Positions 14,032 through 24,598 of a DNA stretch of 64,000 nt are shown piece after piece. Each line of letters opens with the position of its first letter. Positions within the stretch are counted from its first letter, which is position 1. Source of the stretch: Escherichia phage AugustSocin; the sequence record MZ501052. The stretch is one strand, 5' to 3'. Below the pieces are notes generated by a model that worked only from the letters and a program-made list of their open reading frames with translations, was not told where the DNA came from and searched no databases. Position numbers and translations under genes: made by a program.

Positions 14032-15162
14032 TTATGGATAGGTATAGATGATACCAGTTTCTAAAGCAGTTTTATGAATGATGTATCCATTACGTGATTC
14101 TTGGACATCAACTTCTGGATAGTCTTTCATCATCTTCTGAAGAGTGTAACGATGCAGGTAGTATTTACTATCTGGATCTTCAGTTTTCCAATCTTTACCT
14201 TCTTCAGTCATTTTTTGGATTTCATCCATGACCCACCAACCGCACCAGATGTAAGCTGAGCTACGGTGTGGAAGAGGATGAACATAAGGTAATTCACCTT
14301 CTGGTTCTGGAGCAACTTTATCAGTCACTTGAACTTGACCTTCTGCCGTAATAGTTTTGCTATCATAATCAGCAGCAGTAACAGTCGCAGTAACTTCAAT
14401 AGTTTGACTTCCAATAGATGAGGTATCGACAGTATATACGTTAGTTGACCCTTCTACAGGAGAAGAATCTTTCTTCCACGAGTAAGTAATTTGTGCTTCT
14501 TCTGGAGCATCCGTAACATTAGCAGTAAATGTAGCCGAAGCATCTTGCTGAACGTTAATAGAAGGAGGAGTCAATGTAACCTGTGGATTCATTGTCTTCT
14601 TATTAACTGTCAATGATACTTCATTAGAAGTAACTTCCTTTTCATTGTAATTTTCTGCTGTTACTTGGGCTACGCATTTAATTCTTTTTACTCCACTTGT
14701 AGTTGGAGTATAGCTAAATGTAGAGCTAGTTTCTCCACCAACTTGTGAATCATCTACATGCCACTGATATGTAGCATTTGCGCCCGATGGCTGCGAAGCT
14801 AAAGTAGCGGTAAATTCAACAGCTGTTCCGATTACTCCTTCCGGAGGACTATTAGGAGTTACAGCTAAGGTAGTCGTTTGTGTCTTATTTTGAACTGTGA
14901 TAGTTGTACTAATTTCAGCTGTTTCTGGACTACTATCGGCAACTTGATTTGTTGCAACTACTTTAATAGTCTTTTGACCGGCAGGTCCTTTTAATACATA
15001 ACTAAAAGTTGCTTCAGCCCCATCTTGTGGAACATCATCTACAGTCCAAGCATAGGTAATAGTTCCACCTCCAGTTTCACCACTGGGTGTAGCAGTAAAC
15101 TGCTGAGTCTGATCTATAACTCCAGTAGGTGTTTTAGGAGTTATATCAACTGTAAAAGCCAT
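14032..15162 (-). CDS. hoc: highly immunogenic outer capsid protein Hoc
   Basis: 376 aa, T/S-rich repeated segments consistent with Ig-like domains; T4 Hoc length. Confidence 0.9.
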   Translation of the reverse strand: MAFTVDITPKTPTGVIDQTQQFTATPSGETGGGTITYAWTVDDVPQDGAEATFSYVLKGPAGQKTIKVVATNQVADSSPETAEISTTITVQNKTQTTTLAVTPNSPPEGVIGTAVEFTATLASQPSGANATYQWHVDDSQVGGETSSTFSYTPTTSGVKRIKCVAQVTAENYNEKEVTSNEVSLTVNKKTMNPQVTLTPPSINVQQDASATFTANVTDAPEEAQITYSWKKDSSPVEGSTNVYTVDTSSIGSQTIEVTATVTAADYDSKTITAEGQVQVTDKVAPEPEGELPYVHPLPHRSSAYIWCGWWVMDEIQKMTEEGKDWKTEDPDSKYYLHRYTLQKMMKDYPEVDVQESRNGYIIHKTALETGIIYTYP

Positions 15163-15171
15163 AAGTTATCC

Positions 15172-15852
15172 TTATTTTAATGTTACGAAAGAAGAATTGC
15201 GTGTTTCACGAATTAAAACTGATCCGTCACGGTTAATGTAATAAATTAAGCTAAATAGAGTTTGGTGTGCCGACGCGTGTTCAAAACTTGTTGGATGAGA
15301 TTTCCAATCCGGAGTTTCAGCAATCCATTGATAAATCCACCATGGAACAGTGCAGAATCCTGGATTTTTTCCAATCAACTGAAGATTCGGGCTAAAGTTT
15401 TCCGGAAGAGTAAATACAGACGGCTTTTCAGATTCAATAATCTCAGCTACAGCTTGTTCGAATTTTTCTTCAACAAAAGGAGTATCTTCAATCAAAACAT
15501 CGGTATTTTCAGGAATTTTATCCGTTTCTACTACTTCAATTTTAATGTCAGATTTAACTGGAGAATCAATCAGAAGTGCTGCTTCTGGATTGACTTCTTC
15601 ATCGTCATATTTTAATCCCTCTGCGGCATCAGCAGCATCAATTAAGTCTTTAATAGATAACCCATCAGTCTCTGGCATAGGTTCACTAGCGAGCTTCTGG
15701 AGGGCTTCTTCAATATCAACAACGATATTATCAAAAGATTTATTCTTTTTGACCTTTATACCAAACTGTTCAGCATATTCAGCTAATTTAGCTTTAGCTT
15801 CTTTGTTATCATCAAGAGCCTTCAGCTCTGCAATATAATCTTTATCTATCAT
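15172..15852 (-). CDS. inh: Inh, inhibitor of prohead protease
   Basis: 226 aa, position between hoc and uvsW as in T4. Confidence 0.8.
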   Translation of the reverse strand: MIDKDYIAELKALDDNKEAKAKLAEYAEQFGIKVKKNKSFDNIVVDIEEALQKLASEPMPETDGLSIKDLIDAADAAEGLKYDDEEVNPEAALLIDSPVKSDIKIEVVETDKIPENTDVLIEDTPFVEEKFEQAVAEIIESEKPSVFTLPENFSPNLQLIGKNPGFCTVPWWIYQWIAETPDWKSHPTSFEHASAHQTLFSLIYYINRDGSVLIRETRNSSFVTLK

Positions 15853-15865
15853 AATATTTCCTCAG

Positions 15866-15873
15866 TATAAATA
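15866..15873 (+). promoter_or_regulatory. late promoter (TATAAATA) upstream of segE
   Basis: exact TATAAATA 28 nt before the segE ATG. Confidence 0.5.
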
Positions 15874-15901
15874 TAGATATATTTATTACTCGGAAAATAG
15901 T

Positions 15902-16519
15902 ATGTACCACTTTGTATATGAAACAACAAATCTAATAAATGGTAAAAAGTATATAGGAAAACACTCTACTGATGACTTGAATGATGGTTACCTTGGTTCC
16001 GGTAAGGCAATTCAGCAGGCTATAAAGAAATATGGTGAAAACAATTTCTCTAGAACAATACTAAAAGAGTTTAAAACTTCCGAAGAAGCGTACATGTATG
16101 AAGAAGAAATTATAACTCCTGAAATAATAAAAAGCAAAAATTATTATAATATGAAACCTGGCGGAATTGGTGGAATTGTTATGACTACAGAGGTTATAGC
16201 AAAGATGAAAGAATCTTCCGCTAAGAGATTTGAAAACTCACCGGGCACGGTATTAGGTACAACTTGTTACACTAATGGAACTAAAAATATTTTTATTAAG
16301 CCTGGAGAACTTGTTCCAGAAGGATTTGTAAAAGGGATGGTTCATCCTAATAGAAAGTCCAGAAAAGGATGTAAAGTCAAACCGACTACCACAGGAACTT
16401 TTTGGGTCAATAATGGTGCAATAAATAAATTAATACAACCAGACGGTATTATTCCCGACGGATTTATTAAAGGTCGTCTCATGAAAAGAGATTCTAAAGG
16501 CAAATTTAGTAAGGCATAA
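15902..16519 (+). CDS. segE: GIY-YIG homing endonuclease (SegE-like)
   Basis: 205 aa; HFVYETTNLINGKKYIGKH GIY-YIG motif; immediately upstream of uvsW. Confidence 0.8.
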   Translation: MYHFVYETTNLINGKKYIGKHSTDDLNDGYLGSGKAIQQAIKKYGENNFSRTILKEFKTSEEAYMYEEEIITPEIIKSKNYYNMKPGGIGGIVMTTEVIAKMKESSAKRFENSPGTVLGTTCYTNGTKNIFIKPGELVPEGFVKGMVHPNRKSRKGCKVKPTTTGTFWVNNGAINKLIQPDGIIPDGFIKGRLMKRDSKGKFSKA

Positions 16520-16521
16520 TT

Positions 16522-18030
16522 ATGGATATTAAAGTACATTTTCACGACTTCAGTCATGTACGCATCGATTGTGAAGAGAGCACGTTCCACGAATTGAGAG
16601 ATTTCTTTTCGTTTGAGGCCGATGGATATAGATTTAACCCTCGCTTCAGATATGGCAACTGGGATGGACGAATCCGTCTTTTAGATTATAATCGTCTTCT
16701 TCCATTCGGCTTAGTCGGGCAAATTAAAAAGTTCTGTGATAACTTTGGCTATAAAGCCTGGATTGACCCACAAATTAACGAAAAAGAAGAATTATCAAGA
16801 AAAGATTTTGATGAATGGCTTTCTAAATTAGAAATCTATTCAGGAAATAAAAGAATTGAACCACACTGGTATCAAAAAGATGCAGTGTTCGAAGGATTAG
16901 TCAATCGTCGTAGAATTCTTAATCTTCCAACATCTGCAGGTAAATCTTTAATTCAGGCTTTGCTTGCGCGATATTATTTGGAAAATTATGAAGGTAAAAT
17001 TCTTATCATTGTTCCAACAACTGCCTTAACAACTCAGATGGCTGATGACTTTGTTGACTATCGTTTATTCAGTCATGCAATGATAAAGAAAATTGGTGGC
17101 GGAGCATCAAAAGATGATAAATATAAAAATGATGCACCGGTCGTTGTTGGTACATGGCAAACTGTAGTTAAACAACCGAAAGAATGGTTCTCACAGTTTG
17201 GAATGATGATGAATGATGAATGTCATCTTGCTACAGGAAAAAGTATTTCATCTATCATATCAGGTTTAAATAACTGCATGTTCAAATTCGGTTTGTCTGG
17301 TTCATTACGTGATGGCAAAGCCAATATCATGCAGTATGTTGGAATGTTTGGTGAAATATTTAAGCCAGTAACGACTTCTAAATTAATGGAAGATGGACAA
17401 GTAACTGAGCTAAAAATTAATAGTATTTTTCTTCGCTATCCCGATGAGTTCACTACTAAATTAAAGGGAAAAACTTATCAAGAAGAAATAAAAATTATTA
17501 CTGGGCTTAGTAAAAGAAATAAATGGATCGCTAAATTAGCTATTAAGCTTGCGCAAAAAGATGAAAACGCTTTTGTCATGTTTAAACATGTATCGCATGG
17601 TAAAGCTATTTTCGATTTAATTAAAAATGAATACGATAAAGTTTATTACGTATCAGGGGAAGTTGATACCGAAACCCGCAATATAATGAAAACCTTAGCT
17701 GAAAATGGTAAAGGAATAATTATAGTAGCTAGTTATGGTGTATTTTCTACTGGTATTTCAGTTAAAAATCTGCATCACGTTGTTTTAGCGCACGGTGTTA
17801 AATCAAAAATCATTGTATTACAAACAATCGGTCGTGTATTACGTAAGCATGGTTCTAAGACAATAGCAACAGTCTGGGACCTCATAGATGACTGTGGTGT
17901 TAAGCCAAAATCTGCTAATACGAAAAAGAAATATGTTCATTTGAACTATCTTTTAAAACACGGCATTGATCGTATTCAGCGCTACGCAGATGAAAAATTC
18001 AATTACGTAATGAAAACAGTTAATTTATAA
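16522..18030 (+). CDS. uvsW: UvsW DNA/RNA helicase
   Basis: 502 aa, helicase motifs (PTSAGKS, MNDECH), T4 UvsW length. Confidence 0.95.
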   Translation: MDIKVHFHDFSHVRIDCEESTFHELRDFFSFEADGYRFNPRFRYGNWDGRIRLLDYNRLLPFGLVGQIKKFCDNFGYKAWIDPQINEKEELSRKDFDEWLSKLEIYSGNKRIEPHWYQKDAVFEGLVNRRRILNLPTSAGKSLIQALLARYYLENYEGKILIIVPTTALTTQMADDFVDYRLFSHAMIKKIGGGASKDDKYKNDAPVVVGTWQTVVKQPKEWFSQFGMMMNDECHLATGKSISSIISGLNNCMFKFGLSGSLRDGKANIMQYVGMFGEIFKPVTTSKLMEDGQVTELKINSIFLRYPDEFTTKLKGKTYQEEIKIITGLSKRNKWIAKLAIKLAQKDENAFVMFKHVSHGKAIFDLIKNEYDKVYYVSGEVDTETRNIMKTLAENGKGIIIVASYGVFSTGISVKNLHHVVLAHGVKSKIIVLQTIGRVLRKHGSKTIATVWDLIDDCGVKPKSANTKKKYVHLNYLLKHGIDRIQRYADEKFNYVMKTVNL

Positions 18031-18042
18031 GGGCTTCGGCCC
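18031..18042 (+). other. intercistronic hairpin between uvsW and uvsW.1
   Basis: GGGC-TTCG-GCCC immediately after the uvsW stop. Confidence 0.45.
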
Positions 18043-18055
18043 TTTGGAGAAAAAG

Positions 18056-18289
18056 ATGTTACTAGAATTTAAACAATTTCTTTATGAAGCTTCTATTGAT
18101 GAATTTATGGGTAAAATTGCCTCTTGTCAAACATTAGAAGGTTTAGAAGAACTTGAAGCTTATTATAAGAAAAGAGTCAAAGAAACTGAATTAAAAGACA
18201 CTGATGACATCTCTGTGAGAGATGCTTTGGCAGGAAAAAGAGCTGAATTAGAAGATTCAGACGATGATGAAGTAGAAGAAAGCTTTTAA
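18056..18289 (+). CDS. uvsW.1: UvsW.1 small acidic protein
   Basis: 77 aa from ATG at 18056 preceded by GGAG; the track start at 18044 is a TTG. Confidence 0.7.
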   Translation: MLLEFKQFLYEASIDEFMGKIASCQTLEGLEELEAYYKKRVKETELKDTDDISVRDALAGKRAELEDSDDDEVEESF

Positions 18290-18345
18290 ATTAAAAAAAG
18301 GCCCAACCGAAAAGGAAGGGCCAAAACTATAGACTAAAGGTCACA

Positions 18346-18513
18346 CTATAGCAAAAGTTGTGTTTCATTTAATTGTTCTTCCGAACTTTCTGAAACTGGT
18401 AGTTCTTTAATGTAATTATAGCAAGGCCCAGGATGTACAGGACCTTTGTCTGTTTCAACAACCAATGCAGAATCGATTGGAGTTTTACAGACAACACAAA
18501 TCTTATCTGACAT
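18346..18513 (-). CDS. small hypothetical protein (uvsY.-2 position)
   Basis: 55-aa ORF translated by hand (MSDKICVVCKTPIDSALVV...), preceded by GAGGAG and a TATAAATA late promoter; below the ORF-track size cutoff. Confidence 0.45.
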   Translation of the reverse strand: MSDKICVVCKTPIDSALVVETDKGPVHPGPCYNYIKELPVSESSEEQLNETQLLL

Positions 18514-18538
18514 GATTGTCTCCTCTGAATTATATATC

Positions 18539-18546
18539 TATTTATA
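18539..18546 (-). promoter_or_regulatory. late promoter (TATAAATA on minus strand) before the uvsY.-2-like ORF
   Basis: plus-strand TATTTATA; minus-strand reading TATAAATAGATATATAATTCAGAGGAGACAATCATG. Confidence 0.5.
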
Positions 18547-18636
18547 ACCCCATCTTAAAGCGCATTTCTTGTACACGCTTTAAACATGCTTCCATTTCTG
18601 CTAAAAGTCTAAATACTTCTTTATAATTTGTCATAT

Positions 18637-18864
18637 TTACCCCATATCTCTCATATGCATATCAATGCCCATATCTTTAGAATAAAAATATTCATCAAGA
18701 TATCCGGCAAATTTTCCTTTAACATAAAGGACATCTTCACCACACGGGTGGTCGGCCAGGATACGAATATCCTGACGCTTAAGATTATGCTTTTTCATTA
18801 AGAATTGAATCTCAGTTTCAAATTCTTCTTCATAATTAAAAGCATCATCAATGTTATATCTCAT
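18637..18864 (-). CDS. hypothetical protein (uvsY.-1 position)
   Basis: 75-aa ORF abutting the uvsY stop. Confidence 0.6.
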   Translation of the reverse strand: MRYNIDDAFNYEEEFETEIQFLMKKHNLKRQDIRILADHPCGEDVLYVKGKFAGYLDEYFYSKDMGIDMHMRDMG

Positions 18865-19277
18865 TATTTTCCAGCCTCAAATGCCCGCATGTCTTGAATA
18901 TGCTTAATAGCAAATCCGCGTGATTTGATAGCATCAAGAGCTCCGCTACAGAAATCTAATAAAATTCCCCAATATTGTAATGAAGTATCAACCTTTAAAA
19001 CATCCTTATCAGCTGATAGAACTGTTTTCATTTCTGATTTCTCGTAACGATCCATACTAAATTCATCACCATCTCCTCGTCCCGAGTAGTAGTCTAATTT
19101 AGCTTTAAGAGCAACTTTTTTCTGTGCTTCAATTCTAAGCATTTCCTTTTTAATACTTGAATGCTTATTAAGCCATTTACTATATAACATCACATTATTA
19201 GCTGCTTCATACTGCAATTTAGTCGAATCTATAAACACATCTTTCTTCAATTCTTCTTGAAGATCTTCTAATCTCAT
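18864..19277 (-). CDS. uvsY: UvsY recombination mediator
   Basis: 137 aa, T4 UvsY length; MotA-type middle promoter upstream. Confidence 0.95.
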   Translation of the reverse strand: MRLEDLQEELKKDVFIDSTKLQYEAANNVMLYSKWLNKHSSIKKEMLRIEAQKKVALKAKLDYYSGRGDGDEFSMDRYEKSEMKTVLSADKDVLKVDTSLQYWGILLDFCSGALDAIKSRGFAIKHIQDMRAFEAGK

Positions 19278-19317
19278 ATTGTTCTCTATTCAATTGTTAT
19301 TGGATGGACTTAGATTC

Positions 19318-19344
19318 ATTATACCACGTTTATACGTGAAGCAT
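19318..19344 (-). promoter_or_regulatory. MotA-dependent middle promoter for uvsY
   Basis: minus strand reads ATGCTTCA (MotA box), 13 nt, TATAAT; box overlaps the gene 25 stop. Confidence 0.6.
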
Positions 19345-19742
19345 TATACTCTATTACTGGAAGCCAGTTGTAGTTTTATCTGCTCAATATCATCAGGGTT
19401 ATCGATGACTGAAAAGCGTATTTCTACTATCAAAGTATAATCATCATAAACCGGTATTACATTAACTGCTAATTTATCAATACGTGGCTCATAGTTTCTT
19501 ACTGCGCTTTCGATATTACGCTCAACCGTGTCAGCAGTAAGAGGAGTCATATTCTCAAAAAGTTGGTCAGATAAATCGCATCCAAATTCAGGGTCAAACG
19601 GTCTTGAACCTTTTCTTGTTGTAATAATTCCTAAAAGACTATTTTTAATTGACCTTAATCCAAGTGATCTTGAAACGTCTTTGTTCCAATCCATTTTCAT
19701 CTCTGGGTCAATATCAGAATAAAGCTTATTAATATTTGCCAT
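19344..19742 (-). CDS. 25: baseplate wedge protein
   Basis: 132 aa, T4 gp25 length and position. Confidence 0.9.
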   Translation of the reverse strand: MANINKLYSDIDPEMKMDWNKDVSRSLGLRSIKNSLLGIITTRKGSRPFDPEFGCDLSDQLFENMTPLTADTVERNIESAVRNYEPRIDKLAVNVIPVYDDYTLIVEIRFSVIDNPDDIEQIKLQLASSNRV

Positions 19743-20368
19743 TACAATAGCTCAAAGAATTCTTTGAGTCCTCTTATTACATGAGCGTGGGTTTTTCCAC
19801 ACTCTGGACATTTAATTGGAACAGCCAAATAAACAGTAGGCTTTAAAAGCATATCTTTTATAGCTACAATATCTGACTCTGTGATGATAGAATATAAATC
19901 TTCCAATTCTTTTTCATTTAAGTCTTCAACTGGAATGCTTTCACCGTTAGCATGAATCGTTTCTATACATGATACTATCATGTGGGCTATATTTTTATCA
20001 TCAAAAATTTTAGGGTAATGGAATTTAATTTTAATGTCACCCAGTGTATACCAGAGGTCTTCTGGTGCATCTATTTGTGTATGTAATAGATTTATATGGG
20101 TTGGTATTTCAGTTCCACAGGTGCACTTCCAGGAGTTTTCGTGATTAACTTCTCCAAGAGAATGCGCCCATAAATGAATCAGTAATAGTTCTGATTCTTG
20201 GCGGTTTAAATCTTTTGCATTTGTGCAGTCTTTGATTAGCTTTTTAACAATTACTTCTACGGAACCATTATTTTTGGCAGTAATAAGTTCTAGATATTCT
20301 TTAAGAGTAAATGCACGACAGTTGATTATTTTAGAACCAACTCTCACGTCAAATTTGTATTCATACAT
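19742..20368 (-). CDS. 26: baseplate hub protein
   Basis: 208 aa, T4 gp26 position; divergent from gene 51. Confidence 0.9.
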   Translation of the reverse strand: MYEYKFDVRVGSKIINCRAFTLKEYLELITAKNNGSVEVIVKKLIKDCTNAKDLNRQESELLLIHLWAHSLGEVNHENSWKCTCGTEIPTHINLLHTQIDAPEDLWYTLGDIKIKFHYPKIFDDKNIAHMIVSCIETIHANGESIPVEDLNEKELEDLYSIITESDIVAIKDMLLKPTVYLAVPIKCPECGKTHAHVIRGLKEFFELL

Positions 20369-20389
20369 ATTTAGCTCCTTTATTTATCA

Positions 20390-20397
20390 TATTTATA
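20390..20397 (-). promoter_or_regulatory. late promoter (TATAAATA on minus strand) for gene 26
   Basis: plus-strand TATTTATA 22 nt upstream of the gene 26 start; overlaps the gene 51 promoter. Confidence 0.5.
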
Positions 20398-20401
20398 AAT
20401 A
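20394..20401 (+). promoter_or_regulatory. late promoter (TATAAATA) for gene 51
   Basis: exact TATAAATA 17 nt before the gene 51 ATG. Confidence 0.55.
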
Positions 20402-20418
20402 GAATAAAAGGAGCATCT

Positions 20419-21171
20419 ATGGCAAACATTATTCGTTGTAAATTACCTGATGGTGTTCATCGTTTTAAACCATTTACGGTAGAAGATTATCGAGATTTTT
20501 TGTTAGTTCGAAACGATATAGAACATCGGTCACCACAAGAACAAAAAGAAGTAATTGCTGATTTAATTGCTGATTATTTTGGAGACTATCCAAAGACTTG
20601 GCAACCATTTATATTTTTGCAGGTATTTGTAGGTTCAATAGGTAAAACTAAAGTACCAGTCACATTTGTATGTCCAAAATGTAAAAAAGAAAAGACAGTT
20701 CCATTTGAAATATATCAAAAAGAATTAAAGGAACCTATTTTTGATGTAGCTAATGTTAAAATTAAATTAAATTTTCCTTCTGAGTTTTATGAAAATAAAG
20801 CAAAGATGATTACTGAAAATATTCATTCTGTTCAAGTAGATGAAATGTGGTATGATTGGAAGGAAATTAGTGAATCAAGTCAAATAGAACTTGTTGACGC
20901 CATCGAGATAGAAACATTAGAAAAAATTCTCGATGCAATGAATCCTATTAATTTAACATTGCACATGTCGTGTTGTGATAAGTACATTAAAAAATACACT
21001 GATATAGTAGATGTGTTTAAGCTATTAGTTAATCCAGATGAGATATTTACTTTTTATCAAATTAATCACACGCTTGTAAAAAGTAATTATAGCTTAAATT
21101 CAATAATGAAAATGATTCCTGCCGAGCGCGGATTCGTATTAAAACTGATTGAGAAGGATAAACATCAATGA
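20419..21171 (+). CDS. 51: baseplate hub assembly protein
   Basis: 250 aa, T4 gp51 position. Confidence 0.9.
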   Translation: MANIIRCKLPDGVHRFKPFTVEDYRDFLLVRNDIEHRSPQEQKEVIADLIADYFGDYPKTWQPFIFLQVFVGSIGKTKVPVTFVCPKCKKEKTVPFEIYQKELKEPIFDVANVKIKLNFPSEFYENKAKMITENIHSVQVDEMWYDWKEISESSQIELVDAIEIETLEKILDAMNPINLTLHMSCCDKYIKKYTDIVDVFKLLVNPDEIFTFYQINHTLVKSNYSLNSIMKMIPAERGFVLKLIEKDKHQ

Positions 21172-22340
21172 GTATGTTACAACGTCCTGGATATCCAAAT
21201 CTCAGCGTTAAATTATTTGAGAGTTATGACGCTTGGAGTAATAATAGATTTGTTGAATTAGCTGCTACTATTACCACATTAACTATGCGTGACTCTCTTT
21301 ATGGTCGAAATGAAGGAATGCTACAATTTTATGATTCTAAAAACATTCATACAAAAATGGATGGAAATGAAATAATTCAGATTTCTGTAGCTAATGCAAA
21401 CGATATTAATAATGTTAAAACACGAATTTATGGATGCAAGCATTTTTCCGTGTCAGTAGATTCAAAAGGCGATAACATCATTGCTATTGAATTGGGAACT
21501 ATTCATTCTATAGAAAATCTTAAATTTGGTAGACCATTTTTCCCTGATGCCGGTGAATCTATAAAGGAAATGCTTGGCGTAATTTATCAAGATCGTACAT
21601 TATTAACTCCAGCGATAAATGCTATTAATGCTTATGTTCCTGATATTCCATGGACTAGCACATTTGAAAACTATTTGTCATATGTAAGAGAAGTTGCTCT
21701 AGCGGTAGGAAGCGATAAGTTCGTATTTGTATGGCAAGACATCATGGGAGTTAACATGATGGACTATGATATGATGATAAATCAAGAACCGTATCCAATG
21801 ATTGTAGGTGAGCCAACTTTAATAGGTCAATTCGTCCAAGAATTGAAATATCCATTAGCATATGATTTTGTTTGGTTGACTAAATCAAACCCGCATAAAC
21901 GTGATCCAATGAAAAATGCTACTATCTATGCTCATTCATTTTTAGATTCTTCATTACCAATGATTACTACAGGAAAGGGTGAAAACTCTATTGTAGTGTC
22001 AAGGTCAGGTGCTTATTCTGAAATGACTTATAGAAATGGATATGAAGAAGCTATTCGTCTTCAGACTATGGCGCAGTATGATGGTTACGCTAAATGTTCT
22101 ACTGTCGGTAATTTTAACTTGACTCCTGGCGTTAAAATTATTTTTAATGATAGTAAAAACCAATTTAAAACAGAATTTTACGTTGATGAAGTTATTCACG
22201 AATTATCAAATAATAATTCCGTAACTCATCTTTATATGTTCACTAATGCAACGAAACTGGAAACAATCGACCCAGTTAAGGTTAAAAATGAATTTAAAAC
22301 TGATACTACCACTGAAGAAAGTAGTTCTTCCGATAAGTAA
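21168..22340 (+). CDS. 27: baseplate hub protein
   Basis: 390 aa; matches recalled T4 gp27 ([17 protein letters not shown]...). Confidence 0.95.
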   Translation: MSMLQRPGYPNLSVKLFESYDAWSNNRFVELAATITTLTMRDSLYGRNEGMLQFYDSKNIHTKMDGNEIIQISVANANDINNVKTRIYGCKHFSVSVDSKGDNIIAIELGTIHSIENLKFGRPFFPDAGESIKEMLGVIYQDRTLLTPAINAINAYVPDIPWTSTFENYLSYVREVALAVGSDKFVFVWQDIMGVNMMDYDMMINQEPYPMIVGEPTLIGQFVQELKYPLAYDFVWLTKSNPHKRDPMKNATIYAHSFLDSSLPMITTGKGENSIVVSRSGAYSEMTYRNGYEEAIRLQTMAQYDGYAKCSTVGNFNLTPGVKIIFNDSKNQFKTEFYVDEVIHELSNNNSVTHLYMFTNATKLETIDPVKVKNEFKTDTTTEESSSSDK

Positions 22341-22821
22341 TAAAGAAGTTTCTATTCCTAAGATGGGTCTTAAACATTATAACATTTTAAAAGATGTTAA
22401 AGGTCCTGATGAAAATTTAAAGCTTCTTATTGATTCTATTTGTCCAAATTTATCACCGGCAGAAGTTGATTTCGTTTCTATTCATTTGCTAGAATTTAAT
22501 GGAAAGATTAAATCTCGTAAAGAAATAGATGGTTATACTTATGATATTAATGACGTTTATGTATGCCAAAGATTGGAATTTCAATACCAAGGAAATACAT
22601 TTTATTTTAGACCTCCTGGAAAATTTGAACAATTTTTAACTGTAAGCGATATGTTATCCAAATGCTTGCTTAAGGTCAATGATGAAGTTAAAGAAATTAA
22701 TTTTCTTGAGATGCCAGCATTTGTTTTAAAATGGGCAAATGATATTTCTACAACTTTAGCAATTCCTGGCCCTAATGGTCCAATAACCGGAATTGGCAAT
22801 ATTATTGGATTATTTGAATGA
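22288..22821 (+). CDS. 28: baseplate hub distal subunit
   Basis: 177 aa from ATG at 22288 ([10 protein letters not shown]...), T4 gp28 length; the track start at 22246 would overlap gene 27 by 95 nt. Confidence 0.8.
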   Translation: MNLKLILPLKKVVLPISNKEVSIPKMGLKHYNILKDVKGPDENLKLLIDSICPNLSPAEVDFVSIHLLEFNGKIKSRKEIDGYTYDINDVYVCQRLEFQYQGNTFYFRPPGKFEQFLTVSDMLSKCLLKVNDEVKEINFLEMPAFVLKWANDISTTLAIPGPNGPITGIGNIIGLFE

Positions 22822-24590
22822 AAAAGCCACAAGAAATGCAAACGATGCGTAGAAAAGTTATTTCAGATAATAAACCAACACAGGAAGCGGCTAAATCCGC
22901 TTCTAACACTTTATCTGGACTTAATGACATATCTACGAAATTGGATGATGCTCAAGCTGCCTCTGAATTAATAGCTCAAACTGTCGAAGAAAAATCGAAT
23001 GAAATAGTTGGAGCAATTGATAACGTTGAAAGCGCAGTAAGTGATACTACTGCCGGTTCTGAGTTAATTGCTGAAACTGTTGAAATTGGCAACAATATTA
23101 ATAAAGAAATCGGTGAATCGCTCGGAAGCAAATTAGATAAATTAACAAGTTTACTGGAACAAAAAATTCAGACAGCTGGAATTCAGCAAACTGGAACGAG
23201 TTTAGCAGTAGTCGAAAATGCTATTCCTGTTAAAGTCGTCGAGGATGATACAGCTGAATCTGTGGGTCCTTTATTACCGGCTCCTGAAGCAGTTAATAAT
23301 GATCCTGATGCTGATTTTTTCCCTACTCCTCAGCCAATTGAACCAAAACAAGAGTCTCCAGAAGAGAAGCAAAAAAGAGACGCATTTAACTTAAAAATAT
23401 CTAATGCATTAGATAAATTAACAAAGACAGTTGATTTCGGATTTAAGAAATCTATTTCAATTACTGATAAAATATCTAGCATGCTATTTAAGTATACCGT
23501 CAGTGCTGCTATTGAAGCTGCTAAAATGGTTGCATTGATAATGGCTGTTGTTATTGGAATAGACCTGCTGATGGTTCATTTTAAATACTGGTCAGATAAA
23601 TTTTCAAAAGCCTGGGATTTATTTGGTACTAATTTTACTAAATTCTCTAGCGAAACTGGAACATGGGGTCCTTTATTACAGAGCATCTTTGATTCTATTG
23701 ATAAAATTAAACAACTTTGGGAAGCTGGAGATTGGGGCGGATTAACAGCAGCTATTGTTGAAGGGCTTGGAAGTGTTCTTTATAATTTAGGAGAGCTTAT
23801 TCAATTAGGTATGGCTAAATTATCTGCTGCAATTCTTCGAGTCATTCCTGGCATGAAGGATACTGCTGATGAAGTAGAAGGAAGAGCATTAGAAAATTTC
23901 CAAAATTCTACTGGAGCATCTCTTAATAAAGAAGACCAAGAAAAAGTAGCAAATTATCAAGATAAACGAATGAATGACGATCTTGGCCCAATAGCAAAAG
24001 GATTAGACAAAATTGCGAACTGGAAAACTCGTGCATCTAACTGGATTCGTGGTGTAGATAATAAAGAAGCATTGACTACTGACGAAGAACGTGCAGCAGA
24101 AGAAGAAAAATTAAAACAACTTTCACCAGAAGAAAGAAAAAATGCTTTAATGAAAGCTAATGAAGCTCGTGCTGCGATGATTCGTTTTGAAAAATACGCT
24201 GATTCAGCTGATATGAGCAAAGACTCGACAGTTAAATCAATTGAAGCTGCTCATGAAGACCTTAAAAAACGAATGAATGATCCGGATTTAAATAATTCAC
24301 CAGCGGTTAAAAAAGAACTTGCTTCTAGATTTGCTAAAATTGATGCCACTTATCAAGAGCTCAAGAAAAATCAACCTGAAGCAAAACCTGAAACTTCTGC
24401 TAAATCACCAGAAGCAAAACAGGTCCAGGTGATTGAAAAGAACAAAGCACAACAAGCTCCTGTTCAACAAGCATCTCCTTCAATCAATAATACTAATAAT
24501 GTTATTAAGAAAAATACTGTCGTTCATAACATGACACCTGTCACAAGCACAACTGCTCCTGGTGTATTTGGCGCGACGGGAGTTAATTAA
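22818..24590 (+). CDS. 29: baseplate hub / tail length determinator
   Basis: 590 aa, T4 gp29 length, internal hydrophobic segment. Confidence 0.9.
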   Translation: MKKPQEMQTMRRKVISDNKPTQEAAKSASNTLSGLNDISTKLDDAQAASELIAQTVEEKSNEIVGAIDNVESAVSDTTAGSELIAETVEIGNNINKEIGESLGSKLDKLTSLLEQKIQTAGIQQTGTSLAVVENAIPVKVVEDDTAESVGPLLPAPEAVNNDPDADFFPTPQPIEPKQESPEEKQKRDAFNLKISNALDKLTKTVDFGFKKSISITDKISSMLFKYTVSAAIEAAKMVALIMAVVIGIDLLMVHFKYWSDKFSKAWDLFGTNFTKFSSETGTWGPLLQSIFDSIDKIKQLWEAGDWGGLTAAIVEGLGSVLYNLGELIQLGMAKLSAAILRVIPGMKDTADEVEGRALENFQNSTGASLNKEDQEKVANYQDKRMNDDLGPIAKGLDKIANWKTRASNWIRGVDNKEALTTDEERAAEEEKLKQLSPEERKNALMKANEARAAMIRFEKYADSADMSKDSTVKSIEAAHEDLKKRMNDPDLNNSPAVKKELASRFAKIDATYQELKKNQPEAKPETSAKSPEAKQVQVIEKNKAQQAPVQQASPSINNTNNVIKKNTVVHNMTPVTSTTAPGVFGATGVN

Positions 24591-24598
24591 GGAATAAT

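Noticed and set aside
15262-15838. Plus-strand ORFs of 117 and 97 aa
   Set aside because: Both lie entirely within and antisense to inh, and have no ribosome-binding site.
22246-22287. N-terminal extension of gene 28 from the track start
   Set aside because: It would overlap gene 27 by 95 nt; the ATG at 22288 gives the 177-aa length I recall for T4 gp28 and has an upstream AAGG.
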